Of a DNA stretch of 64,000 nucleotides, positions 1 to 9,680 are shown piece by piece. The number at the start of each line of letters is the position of its first letter. The first letter of the stretch is position 1. The stretch is from NCBI GenBank assembly GCA_046292385.1, contig JBKBRF010000010.1, positions 1 to 64,000 on the forward strand. Direction: 5' to 3'. Below the pieces are notes generated by a model that saw nothing but the letters and a program-made list of their open reading frames with translations, made no database searches and was not told where the DNA came from. A program made the position numbers and the translations under genes. This DNA comes from Armatimonadota bacterium (lineage in GTDB: Bacteria; Armatimonadota; SYMT01).

Positions 1-179
1 GTTTGAAGATGGGAAACGCACCAAGTGCCTGGCGGCGATGAGCCGCGAGCGGGCAGCGGAACGCGAGTGGGAGAAGGTCGCCGCCTGATCCGCTTTTACA
101 CACCTATTGACAAGAGCTCTTCACGCCGGAATACCTCTGCTTCCTTACTCTGCTGCGCGAGACTCGCAGGGAAGCAGGC

Positions 180-383
180 TTGTCTCAAGCCGACGTGGCT
201 GCGCGTCTCGGGCAAACCCAGTCGTGGGTGTCGAAGTGCGAAAGAGGAGAGCGGCGCCTAGACATCATTGAGGTCCGCGCGTTCTGCGATGCCTTTGGCG
301 TTCCCTTCCCGGACTTCGCGCAGCGGCTGGAGACTGCCATCCGGAGCAATGGTGCGAGGAGCCTGCTGGAAAGGCGGGCATGA
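180..383 (+). CDS. XRE-family helix-turn-helix regulator (5' end possibly frameshifted)
   Basis: SQADVAARLGQTQSWVSKCERGERRLDIIE is an HTH_3 motif. The frame stays open upstream to ~111 (LFTPEYLCFLTLLRETRREAG) with no ATG/GTG start. Confidence 0.75.
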   Translation: MSQADVAARLGQTQSWVSKCERGERRLDIIEVRAFCDAFGVPFPDFAQRLETAIRSNGARSLLERRA

Positions 384-635
384 CCCCATGCCACCGGCTG
401 GTTCTCGAATCCGACCCAAAATTGGGGGAGCCCCTACCCTATAAAGCCGGGTGCGGGTTCGCCGTCCGCATTACTCGGCAAGTAGGTGCAGAGGGTCTTG
501 CCTTGGCAACACAGAAGGGCCGTCCGATACCTTGGGTAGCTCCCGAGTGCCGGACGGCCCTTCTGCGCGTTTCTCGTGTCAAAGAACACCTACTCGCAGC
601 TTGATAGGCATTCCCCGGCGAATCGGAGTTCGGAG

Positions 636-1598
636 CTATAGGCCCACGGATGCAGCCGCGTTCTCGCGGAAGAGGCAGCCCTCCCGGATGTAGCGCCGCA
701 CCATGCCGACGCTGCGGTGCCCGGTCTGCTGCATTATGGCTCGCTCGCTCACGCCAGCAGTAGCGGCACTGGTGGCTAGCCCGGCCCGCAGGGAATGGCC
801 CGAGTACCGCGTCGGGTCAAGCCCGGCGGCTTCAGCGGCCCGCTTCACCACACGGGCAATTGCCTTATCCGAGAGCCGGCCTTCCAGAATCCCCCCGTGG
901 CGGTTCAGCGGTCGGAAAAGCGGCCCCTCAACAATCGCCGAGACTTCCAGCCACTCCAGGAGCGCGCGCACCGGGCAGGTATCTGGGCGGGATCCGTAGG
1001 GGATGCCTAGCTTGCGGCCCTGCCCCTCCTGATCCGTCTTGCTGCGGCGAAGCGTCACCGTCACGCCTGGGCGGGTTAGCTCTACATCACCTCTGTCAAG
1101 TCCCACGAGTTCGGAACGGCGAAAGGCTCCTGCAAAGCCAACGAGCAGGATGGCGCGGTCACGCACGCCCAAGGCGCCCGCAGGCAACGCGGCCACCATG
1201 CTGCGGATGTCCGCAGTCACAGCCGGCGCTTTTCCCTGCTGGGCAACGCCCTTGGCACGGCGGATGCCCTGCCAGACCAAGCGGACCGGACTGGACTTGG
1301 TAGGGCTACCGTAGCCGGCGACCTCATGCACTTGAGAGATGGCCGACAGCCGGCGCTGCAGGGTGCTGACTTTGCAGGTCTCCGCCCTGTCGGTAAGGTA
1401 GAGCGCAACCGTCTGCGGAGCTGCGGGCAGGGCACTCAGCTCCGCTCGCTCACACCAAGCCGTAAAGTCACGCCAATCAGCCCGATATGCCCGCAAAGTG
1501 TTCTCCGCCTTCGCTTGGCCGATGTAGTCTCGCGCTTGCCCTGCCAGTGAAGCCAGTGCTGTGGCCGCTTCTTCCGAACGAACAATCTCAGCACCCAT
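636..1598 (-). CDS. Cre-like tyrosine recombinase
   Basis: N-terminal core-binding domain (NTLRAYRADWRDF). Catalytic set: GAFRRSEL, RSKTDQ, GHSLRAG, QTGH, RRY. Confidence 0.92.
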   Translation of the reverse strand: MGAEIVRSEEAATALASLAGQARDYIGQAKAENTLRAYRADWRDFTAWCERAELSALPAAPQTVALYLTDRAETCKVSTLQRRLSAISQVHEVAGYGSPTKSSPVRLVWQGIRRAKGVAQQGKAPAVTADIRSMVAALPAGALGVRDRAILLVGFAGAFRRSELVGLDRGDVELTRPGVTVTLRRSKTDQEGQGRKLGIPYGSRPDTCPVRALLEWLEVSAIVEGPLFRPLNRHGGILEGRLSDKAIARVVKRAAEAAGLDPTRYSGHSLRAGLATSAATAGVSERAIMQQTGHRSVGMVRRYIREGCLFRENAAASVGL

Positions 1599-1608
1599 TC
1601 GCAGGACC

Positions 1609-1646
1609 TCCTAACGTCCGATAAATAATCTTATCGGACGTTAGGA
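1609..1646. promoter_or_regulatory. lox-like recombination site / operator of the adjacent recombinase
   Basis: Perfect inverted repeat TCCTAACGTCCGATAA-ATAATC-TTATCGGACGTTAGGA, readable as 13-8-13 at 1611-1644, 10 bp upstream of the recombinase start codon. Confidence 0.8.
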
Positions 1647-1796
1647 TACCAGATCGCCGCTACCCCTGCAAGCACTCTCCTTGCAAGCCCAGCGGGCGTG
1701 TAGCTGCCCGTTCCATCCTCAACGAAGGAACATTAACGGGAAAGCGGGAAATGCGATCCGACCGTTATCCCTCACGCCCTAATCAGGCCACCGACA

Positions 1797-4700
1797 ATGG
1801 CAATCCCCTTCGCATCCTCGTTACCCGCGCACTGCCGGAGTTTCCCCGAACTACAAGAACCTCAGGTGATCCGCGACAACATCCTGGGAGGGATCGAGAA
1901 ACAGTTGGGAGGCGACACCGAAGCCATTCTAGTGGAAGGTGACGAAGGCATTGGGAAAACTACGCTCCTCGCGCAGTTCGCGTTGCGTCACCCATCCCGT
2001 TCGTTGTGCCTCTTTATCCGGTCCACCAGTCGATGGGCATATGACCCGGATATCCTGCTCCGCGATCTGTGCAACCAAATGCATGTCGCGGTTTCCGGCC
2101 AAGAGCTTGCCGCCGAGGTGGCGGCAGATGACCGCCTCTTCAGAACCCTGCTCTACGAACTTCAGAGGCGCGCCCGTAGGACACGCGAGCCCTACTACTT
2201 TGTCGTGGATGGTCTACAAGACATTCCGAAGGAGCACCGAGAACTCGCTCAAGCTATCAGTGCCATGCTTCCTTGGGGTCTGCCTGGATTCCGCTTCGTA
2301 CTCAGCACGGGACAAGCGGAAGAGACGGCTTACGTTCCCGACCGAGTCCCGATGAAAGCCTATCCTGTGTATGCCTTCAATCTCGACGAGACGAAGTCCT
2401 ACCTGTATGACGTCTGCCCCGATCCCGCCATGGCTGAGGAGTTCTATCGGACGTTCTCAGGATTCCCGGACTCACTCGCGAGCATTCGACGGATTATTCA
2501 GTCTGGTGAGCAAGTTGACTCGGTCCTCACCCAGCTACCGGAACGCCATGATCTCTTCCAAGTAGAATGGCGCAAGGTTCCTGACGACTCATCGTTACGC
2601 TTAGCACTCGCCGTTATAGCTCAAGATGCCGCTCGACACACGATCGCCGACGTAGCTCGCATCGTGAGATCAACCCAGGCGGATCTGGAACAGCAGCTTT
2701 CCGCCCTGCCCTTCATCCGCTGTGATGGAGCTACAGGTATTCTTAGCTTCGCAGCAGAGACCTTCCGCAAATTTGCCGCCCTGCAACTCGGCGACTTGCG
2801 CATACAGGCTTTAGAACTTCTCATTGAAGACCTGGAGTCGAGTCCTGACAGTGAGACCGCCCTACTGTACCTGCCAGCTTATCTACAGCAAGCCGGCCGC
2901 CTCAGTGACCTAGTGACCTACCTTTCGCCCGAACACTTCACCAGGTTGTTGGAGAGAAGCGAGTCCCTAATTCCTGTCAGCCAAAAGCTAGATCTAGGAA
3001 TCAGCACTGCTCGACAAATTGGACGGGCTGCCGACATGACGCGCTTTAGCTTACAGAGGTCGATTGTACGCGAACTTGAAGGCGCTGAGGTCTGGCGTTC
3101 TGAGATCGAAGCGCGAATGGTGCTGAATGACTACGATGCAGCACTCTCACTTGCACAGAGTACGCTGATCAGAGAAGACCGGCTTCACCTCCTGGCGGTT
3201 ATTGCTAAGGCCAAACGGCAGCAGGGACTCGCTCCTGAACCGGAGCTATTGGAGCAGATCCGAGGACTTTACAAACAGATTGACATTGCTGGGCTGTCCG
3301 AGCGAGCCGTGAGCATAGCGACTGACCTCTTCCACGCAGCACCTGATTTAGCTATCGATATGGTCGAGAGAGCGACTAGCAGCAGTGACCAAGAGAACAC
3401 TCTCGATTGGGCATTCGCAAAACTATCGGTCTCCGCGCTGCAATCGGCGGATCAACATCCTGATTACTTGGAAACCGTAAATACCATTCGGTCTCAGATC
3501 AGTGATCCAGGTGCGCGCAGGTTGTCAGAGGCTGCCTTTCTGCTTCTGGGGAAGTACTCGGCGCAGCAAGTACTAGTCGAAGCTGCGCGCTTGGATGAGG
3601 CGCGAGACAGGCTATACGTGCTCGCTCACTGGTGCATGCTCCATCCTCGGCGAGGTGACGCCCATGAGGTCGTTGCGCACGCGCTTGACCATGCAATCAC
3701 CGCAACAAAATATTCGCCCAACGCGACAATTCTCAGGCAGATTGCGACGCCGCTTCCGCATGTGGGGGACGTCAGTAAACTTAAGGATCTAGTTGGAAGC
3801 TTTGATAGTCAGAAGGGATCAGTTGAACGGCTCGGTCCAACTGAGGATTACGTGCGGCTACAATTGCTTCTCGCTGCATCAGAGTGCACCTATGACCGGC
3901 AAGCGGCTGCGAATAGAATCATCGAGACGTACTTCTACATCAGTGAACTTGGAGACTGCGCGCTGAAGAGCGCTTGTCTGTCTCGGCTAATGACCTCCAC
4001 TGGAGTGACTGAGGCACACAGATGCTTGGAGCGTGAAGGGCTTCAAGATCTTGCAAAAGATGATCTCGAACGGGTTCTAACCGAGTTGCTCGGCACGACT
4101 GCAGATCATTACACCGCTCTTCGAGGCACAGTGAGGGCACTCGCTCGGCGGGACCTTCCCCGAGGGAGGGATGTTGCCCTAAGAGCAAACACGGAAGCGA
4201 GAAGGGACCTACTGCTGTTTGACGCAGTAGATGCAGCATTCTATCCCAGTGCCAGTGAGTTCAATGCCGCAAGTGTCATCAGTACGCTGGAGAAGATCTC
4301 AGATACGGATGTAGCTGACCAAGCGCTCTGCATTGCGATTGAGCGGATCTCTGGAAATCAATCGCTGTGCTCAGATGCCAAGCGTGCTCTCCCGCTGATA
4401 AACAGAATCAGCACTATCAGAGATGCGGGGCTACGTTGTAAGGCTGCTAGCGAGGGATATCTGTGTCTCTCCCACTCTTCCGCAGACGAATTCAAGTCCC
4501 TGCAGGAGAGTCTTCTTGGTTTGATCGAGAACTCTTGGAACTCTATCGATGTAGCTTGGCATCGCGTGAATGTGGGATTTCACGTGAGCCATGTCTTGGC
4601 GGGAGCATCCATCGAAGCTGCGAAGAATTTCTTGAGTGTCACCCAGGCCTATCGACAAGAGATCCTGCTGGACGATAGCACGACTTCCGATGCCTATCTG

Positions 4701-6731
4701 GCGTGTCTACGCCTTGCCATTCGGTCCTTCAGTGGGCTCTTTCAATCGAAACTGGACAGCCGCGAAGACTTGGAACGGCTAACCGATCTCATCGACCTGG
4801 TGCCGTCAGCCGGGGAGAGGGCACGATTGCTGTCGGAACTGTCACTCCGCTTTCACATGGCTGGGAGGATAGCAGAGTGTCATGACATTACCAACTCGCG
4901 GGTGAGGCCATTAGTCCAGTCCATCAGTGACAACGACAGGGTCTACAAGACTAATGTGGTGATCAGCACAGCGCCAGCACTGTTCATCGCTCATCCTACT
5001 ACGGCAAAGGAAATGATACTGAGCCTGCAACCAGCAGACCGGGATAGTGCGTATTCACAGATCTGTGAATACCTCTTGCGGAAGCAGGTGCCCACTGATC
5101 CATACGAAGGCCTTCGCCTGGAAAGATACGACGTCAGATACGAGGGCATCGTTGACATAGTCTCGCTGATGGAGTTAATGGACCTCGATGGTCAGGTATA
5201 CCATTACACCAGAGTCGTAGCTAACTGTATGGACTCTCCGTCGGGCCGGAAGCGCTACACGGAACAGCAACGTGCTGACGTCGTGAGGCGGCTCACCGAA
5301 GTGGTCGCGAAGCGGCTTCCGAACCGTAGGCATATTCAACACCAGGGTTATAGCATAGCCGCGCGCGCACAGATCCTTCGCATTCGCCGCGGTAACTCAA
5401 AGGCATGGGCTGATCTTGCTGACGAGGCAAGAGGCCTAGGGAATATTGCTGACAGGTGCTATGTCCTTGCGTTGATTTCGGCAGCTATGCCCCTCTCGCA
5501 TGACTCTGCTAGACGGCAGTTATTCGCCGAGGCTCGGGAACTCGTCTCCGAAATCCCTTCTCGTTACGATCAGATCCAGCATTACGAAGCGCTCGCAAGC
5601 TTTGCCATGGAGTTTGACACCGTCCTGGTCAAGGATTGTCTGCAGATGGCGATGAATGCGGCTGTATCGACCGATGGTGCTTCTGCACAGGCAGCACAGC
5701 GGCGGATTGTAGACATGGCACACCGGCTTGATGCGGAACTGGCATCGTCGCTTGCATCACTTGCTGACAACGACCCCGCCCGTGGAGATCTCCGGAGCGG
5801 TCTGGAGAGGCAGATTCAGGTCCTCGATCTAAGAAAGAAGATTGCCGACAAGATCGAGTCGGGAGTTGAACGGGCGGGTAAGGCTCGGCGCGACTATCCG
5901 GAGGCAGCAGTCATGTTACTCGGATCTCTCAATGCAAACCGACTGGAACCAGTTCACTTCGAGAAGGTCGTCCCCTACATACCATTGGTAGCTCGATACC
6001 CGGTGCATGAAGCGGTCGCGATCCTTTCTTGGATTGTTGAGAATGCAATCAGACGCATCGGTCGGACCGATCAGGCAAAACTACATCTGGTACCGCTGTT
6101 TGGTGCGGTAATGGCGTCAACCGAATTAGCCGCCAAATTGGCATGTCGATCTGAGTTACGGTCAATAGGGCGTAAGACGCTTCCTGGCACGATAACTCCT
6201 GCTGACAGTATCCTGGTACGAGCTGGCGAACGCGAGGCCGGGCTAGACTTCCTGCGCGCCTGGATCAAAGACCAAGCGAGTGGCTATGTGAAGATCTGTG
6301 ATCCATATTTTGGCCCCAGCGATCTTGAAGTTCTCCAGCTAATCCGCAGCGTCAATGCTGACTGCGATGTAGCGATCCTCTCCAGCCGCAAGCACCATTC
6401 CGAACAAGTCGCAGAGCCTTGGGAGCAGACCTATCGAGATAAGTGGCGGATAGACATCTCGGACCAAGATCCGCCGCCAACCGAGGTGCTGATCGTGGGC
6501 ACCAAGTCGGGTGGCGATCTCCCCATACATGACCGGTGGTGGCTGACTTCGAACGGAGGCATCCGCATCGGCACTTCGTTCAACGGGCTCGGTCGAGGGC
6601 GGGATTCTGAGATCTCGATCCTATCGGCCGATGAGGCGGCGCTTCGTGAGGCTGATGTAGATCAGTACTTTGATCGTGCGAAGCGGGAGCACGACGGGCA
6701 GAGGCTCTTGTACAGTCTCATTACCTTGTAG
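1797..6731 (+). CDS. Large STAND/NACHT-like ATPase with helical repeats and a C-terminal PLD-like domain (putative anti-phage protein)
   Basis: Walker A GDEGIGKT, Walker B YYFVVDGLQD, GxP motif (SGFPDSL), long helical middle. C-terminus ICDPYF...IHDRWW...GTSFNGLG. Visibly lower GC than host genes. Confidence 0.75.
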   Translation: MAIPFASSLPAHCRSFPELQEPQVIRDNILGGIEKQLGGDTEAILVEGDEGIGKTTLLAQFALRHPSRSLCLFIRSTSRWAYDPDILLRDLCNQMHVAVSGQELAAEVAADDRLFRTLLYELQRRARRTREPYYFVVDGLQDIPKEHRELAQAISAMLPWGLPGFRFVLSTGQAEETAYVPDRVPMKAYPVYAFNLDETKSYLYDVCPDPAMAEEFYRTFSGFPDSLASIRRIIQSGEQVDSVLTQLPERHDLFQVEWRKVPDDSSLRLALAVIAQDAARHTIADVARIVRSTQADLEQQLSALPFIRCDGATGILSFAAETFRKFAALQLGDLRIQALELLIEDLESSPDSETALLYLPAYLQQAGRLSDLVTYLSPEHFTRLLERSESLIPVSQKLDLGISTARQIGRAADMTRFSLQRSIVRELEGAEVWRSEIEARMVLNDYDAALSLAQSTLIREDRLHLLAVIAKAKRQQGLAPEPELLEQIRGLYKQIDIAGLSERAVSIATDLFHAAPDLAIDMVERATSSSDQENTLDWAFAKLSVSALQSADQHPDYLETVNTIRSQISDPGARRLSEAAFLLLGKYSAQQVLVEAARLDEARDRLYVLAHWCMLHPRRGDAHEVVAHALDHAITATKYSPNATILRQIATPLPHVGDVSKLKDLVGSFDSQKGSVERLGPTEDYVRLQLLLAASECTYDRQAAANRIIETYFYISELGDCALKSACLSRLMTSTGVTEAHRCLEREGLQDLAKDDLERVLTELLGTTADHYTALRGTVRALARRDLPRGRDVALRANTEARRDLLLFDAVDAAFYPSASEFNAASVISTLEKISDTDVADQALCIAIERISGNQSLCSDAKRALPLINRISTIRDAGLRCKAASEGYLCLSHSSADEFKSLQESLLGLIENSWNSIDVAWHRVNVGFHVSHVLAGASIEAAKNFLSVTQAYRQEILLDDSTTSDAYLACLRLAIRSFSGLFQSKLDSREDLERLTDLIDLVPSAGERARLLSELSLRFHMAGRIAECHDITNSRVRPLVQSISDNDRVYKTNVVISTAPALFIAHPTTAKEMILSLQPADRDSAYSQICEYLLRKQVPTDPYEGLRLERYDVRYEGIVDIVSLMELMDLDGQVYHYTRVVANCMDSPSGRKRYTEQQRADVVRRLTEVVAKRLPNRRHIQHQGYSIAARAQILRIRRGNSKAWADLADEARGLGNIADRCYVLALISAAMPLSHDSARRQLFAEARELVSEIPSRYDQIQHYEALASFAMEFDTVLVKDCLQMAMNAAVSTDGASAQAAQRRIVDMAHRLDAELASSLASLADNDPARGDLRSGLERQIQVLDLRKKIADKIESGVERAGKARRDYPEAAVMLLGSLNANRLEPVHFEKVVPYIPLVARYPVHEAVAILSWIVENAIRRIGRTDQAKLHLVPLFGAVMASTELAAKLACRSELRSIGRKTLPGTITPADSILVRAGEREAGLDFLRAWIKDQASGYVKICDPYFGPSDLEVLQLIRSVNADCDVAILSSRKHHSEQVAEPWEQTYRDKWRIDISDQDPPPTEVLIVGTKSGGDLPIHDRWWLTSNGGIRIGTSFNGLGRGRDSEISILSADEAALREADVDQYFDRAKREHDGQRLLYSLITL

Positions 6732-7198
6732 CTACGGGCGCGAGTTGTAAAGGCGGAAACGCGTACCGAGTCGCGAAAGGCGGTAGAAGTCCAAAGCAAG
6801 CGTAACCGGGACAGGTGCACATCCACTTCGCGGAAGGTCCAGTCCTCGTAGGGGCATCAGGTGCAGGCGCACGCAGTTGCGGCTGCGTGTAGGAGCGCTT
6901 TGAGATTTGGGTGTAGTAGGCTGGCAATGTCCGTTGCGCCAACCGAAACGCTTCCCGCGGGAACTAACGACGCCCAACTTCTGCTGTAGCGATTCTCCGG
7001 GCCAGAAGGGTGGCAACCGTCCGGCGGAAGAGACATGGTTGGAGGAACTGTCCAGATGGGTAGCGAACTACTGTATGGGCGAGTCACTGCCTGGTGCAGG
7101 GTTAGCCCACTACCCTCTAGCGGGGAAAGGTCACTACTTACTCCGCGGAACCGGTAGTGCAGGCAGTAAGTGTATTATTTATTGCGGGGAATGGAGTC

Positions 7199-7246
7199 AC
7201 TGCCTTCCAAGCAGTTGGTCGCGAGTTCGAATCTCGTCCCCCGCTT
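7199..7246 (+). repeat. att site (left boundary of the satellite): 3' part of tRNA-Gly(TCC)
   Basis: ACTGC-CTTCCAA-GCAGT anticodon arm, GCGAG-TTCGAAT-CTCGT T-arm, CCCCCGC acceptor strand. No D-arm upstream. Identical to 22896-22943. Confidence 0.92.
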
Positions 7247-7338
7247 ACTTTCCCGGTGCCGACTTCCATTTTAGGCACGAAACCAAGCAACTGCCCTAGC
7301 CCGCTGGCTCCTTTTGAACCCCTCAAAGGAGCCGGAAA

Positions 7339-8400
7339 TTGGACCAAAAAGCAACTGCTCGCCGGGTGCAGAAAGCAACTGCCCCGGTAGTCTCTGCGCG
7401 TGAGGAATCCCCTTCACGCGCTGCTCCGATGCCCCCTTCCACCGACCTGCGGCGCGCCGTCGCCGTGTGGCTCTCGGACGGTAAAGCCCAGGGCTGGAGC
7501 CCCCGCACGCTCCGCGACCGCGAGACCGCGATGGAGCGGTTCTGCTGGTGGCTGGAGAACGAGGCGGAAGTCTCCGCGACCCTCGCCGCCCTCTCCCCTC
7601 TCCAGATCCGCGCCTTCCTGGCCTACGCGCGGGAGCCGCGGCCGGAAGGCCGTTACGGCACCGATCATCCTCGAGCCCGGGACGCCGCGCGGCCGGCGAC
7701 GATCCACGCTTACTTCCGGATACTGCGCGCCTTCGCCAACTTCTGCCTCGCGGAAGGGCTGATGGAAGAGACACCGCTCCGGAACGTGAAGGCGCCGCGC
7801 GTCCCCACGGACCAGGTGCAGCCGTTCGCACAGGAGCAGCTCCAGGCGCTACTGGACGCCGCGCGCCGGAGCCGGAACCCCGAGCGCGACGTGGCGCTGA
7901 TCCTGCTACTGGTCGACTCCGGAATGCGGGCGTCCGAGGTGATGGGCCTGACGATCGGAGACGCGGACCGCGGCACGGGCGAGCTGACCGTCACCGGGAA
8001 GGGCAACAAGAAGCGGGCCGTCTATATGGGGCAGGCGGCGCGGCGAGCGCTCTGGCGCTACCTGGAGACGGAGCGGCGGGACGCGAGCCCTGCCGAGCCG
8101 CTCTTCGCTTCGACTGGTGGACACCGGCCAGGAGAGGCGTTCACCAACACCGGGATACGGCTGATCGTGGCGAACGCCGGGAAGGCGGCGAAGATCACGG
8201 GGATCCGGTGCAGTCCCCATACCCTGCGCCATACCTTCGCGGTCACGTTCCTGCGGAACGGTGGGAACCTCTTCGAGCTGCAGCAGCTTATGGGGCACAC
8301 CGACTTGACGGTGCTCCGCCGCTACGTGGCTCTCGCGGAAGCGGACCTGGCGCAAGCTCACCGGCAGGCAAGCCCTGCCGACCGGCTCAAACTAAAGTAA
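7339..8400 (+). CDS. Tyrosine integrase (XerC/D-like); true start may be ATG 7429
   Basis: SGMRASE, GKGNK, PHTLRH, MGH and RRY catalytic motifs; adjacent to the att repeat. Confidence 0.95.
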   Translation: MDQKATARRVQKATAPVVSAREESPSRAAPMPPSTDLRRAVAVWLSDGKAQGWSPRTLRDRETAMERFCWWLENEAEVSATLAALSPLQIRAFLAYAREPRPEGRYGTDHPRARDAARPATIHAYFRILRAFANFCLAEGLMEETPLRNVKAPRVPTDQVQPFAQEQLQALLDAARRSRNPERDVALILLLVDSGMRASEVMGLTIGDADRGTGELTVTGKGNKKRAVYMGQAARRALWRYLETERRDASPAEPLFASTGGHRPGEAFTNTGIRLIVANAGKAAKITGIRCSPHTLRHTFAVTFLRNGGNLFELQQLMGHTDLTVLRRYVALAEADLAQAHRQASPADRLKLK

Positions 8401-8477
8401 GCTGAAGTAGATCAGACGACAAGCGCCGGCCCTGCCTGGGAAGCTGTGGGCCGGCGCTCTCTGGGTTTGGGGCTTTC

Positions 8478-9515
8478 GTGGCTACTATACCACGGGAGCC
8501 CGGGAAGGGGCATACCACCGTGGCGGGCTGGGTTGAAGACGACTACCTTTACGACGAGGATGAGTATGATCCGGAAGCGGACGCCGAACCCACCGACGAG
8601 GAGTGGTTCGGCCCGAGTGTTCTGATCGTTCGCAACTGGCACAACCTCGCGTGCGTGGACCTTGCCAGGATCAAGGATCTCTCGGCAGAAGCTATGGAAG
8701 CCACGTGCGACCAGTGGCGATGGGAGATGATGCGTTCGGCGGGGTTTGACGTGAGAGAGCCCACGCCGCCACTGCCTATCGGCGGTGGGCTCTGGACTGC
8801 GAAAGTGCAGGTTCACGAGAACCCGTTCAAGCATCCCACGTGGCCGATCCCCCTGCGAGGCTCGGCGCTAGCCGTGGAGATGGTTCTGCGCGAATGGGTT
8901 GAAGACGAGCCGGACCCGCGACTCGCAGAAGCTTTCGCGGCGGAGTGGCGCCAGGCGCTCGAACACGCACGGTGCAGCATCCCTTCTTGGGATACTCTCA
9001 CGGTGCTCGCACAACTCGGCCTTCCGGCCACTCCTGGCACGCTCTACCACCTTTATTCGCGGACCCAGCCCGGACTGGTAGAGCATCATCTGGGTTCTCG
9101 GCCGGGGCCAACCGGGTTGACCCGCGGCGTGTGTGTTACCACGTTCTGTCTCGCCAGTGGCGTCTACCCGTTTGTAGAGACAGCGCGCTCCGCCGCCGTG
9201 CATCAAATCGAAGCCTCTCACTCCTGGGCCACGAAGGGGCTCCACGCGGATGCGATCCGTGTAGCAGAGAAGCACGCCGAATGGTGGAAGCGACGATCCT
9301 CGGCCGAGCTGCCTAAAGTGACCAAGCGGCGCGGCCGAAAGATTGGCGATGAAGGAAAGACCGCACTTCGTGTATTGCGGGGTGAAATTGCCTTCGATGA
9401 TGGGACAGAGACGCTGCGGCAGATCTTCAGAGATCGTGGTGAGACCCCTCCAGATACTCCAACCTTACGTCGAAGGTTGAGTGCTCTGGTTGACCACTAC
9501 CGAAAGAAAAAGTAA
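8478..9515 (+). CDS. Hypothetical protein of the satellite (acidic N-terminus, basic C-terminus)
   Basis: 345-aa ORF filling the gap after the integrase; no family recognised; start uncertain. Confidence 0.6.
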   Translation: MATIPREPGKGHTTVAGWVEDDYLYDEDEYDPEADAEPTDEEWFGPSVLIVRNWHNLACVDLARIKDLSAEAMEATCDQWRWEMMRSAGFDVREPTPPLPIGGGLWTAKVQVHENPFKHPTWPIPLRGSALAVEMVLREWVEDEPDPRLAEAFAAEWRQALEHARCSIPSWDTLTVLAQLGLPATPGTLYHLYSRTQPGLVEHHLGSRPGPTGLTRGVCVTTFCLASGVYPFVETARSAAVHQIEASHSWATKGLHADAIRVAEKHAEWWKRRSSAELPKVTKRRGRKIGDEGKTALRVLRGEIAFDDGTETLRQIFRDRGETPPDTPTLRRRLSALVDHYRKKK

Positions 9516-9586
9516 TAGATGAAGCTTCTAATTTGAAATCCGAGGTTTCAAACTTGGAACCTCGCCAATTACTGCCCTGCTAGAGT

Positions 9587-9626
9587 GGCTCTAGGCTGTT
9601 AACCCGGCCTAGAGCCTTTTCGTTTT
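9587..9626 (+). terminator. Rho-independent terminator-like hairpin
   Basis: GGCTCTAGGC...GCCTAGAGCC stem followed by TTTTCGTTTT. Confidence 0.7.
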
Positions 9627-9680
9627 CTGCGCTGGCACGAGCGCAACGAGACGTCAGGCGCGGATCACTCCTTCGGGAGA

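Noticed and set aside
6732..7190. Genes between the STAND gene and the att site
   Set aside because: Only short ORFs without motifs; possibly a decayed remnant, but not supportable.
7184..7246. Intact tRNA-Gly gene
   Set aside because: GCGGGGA could pair with the acceptor strand, but only 8 nt separate it from the anticodon stem, so there is no D-arm. Treated as an att fragment.
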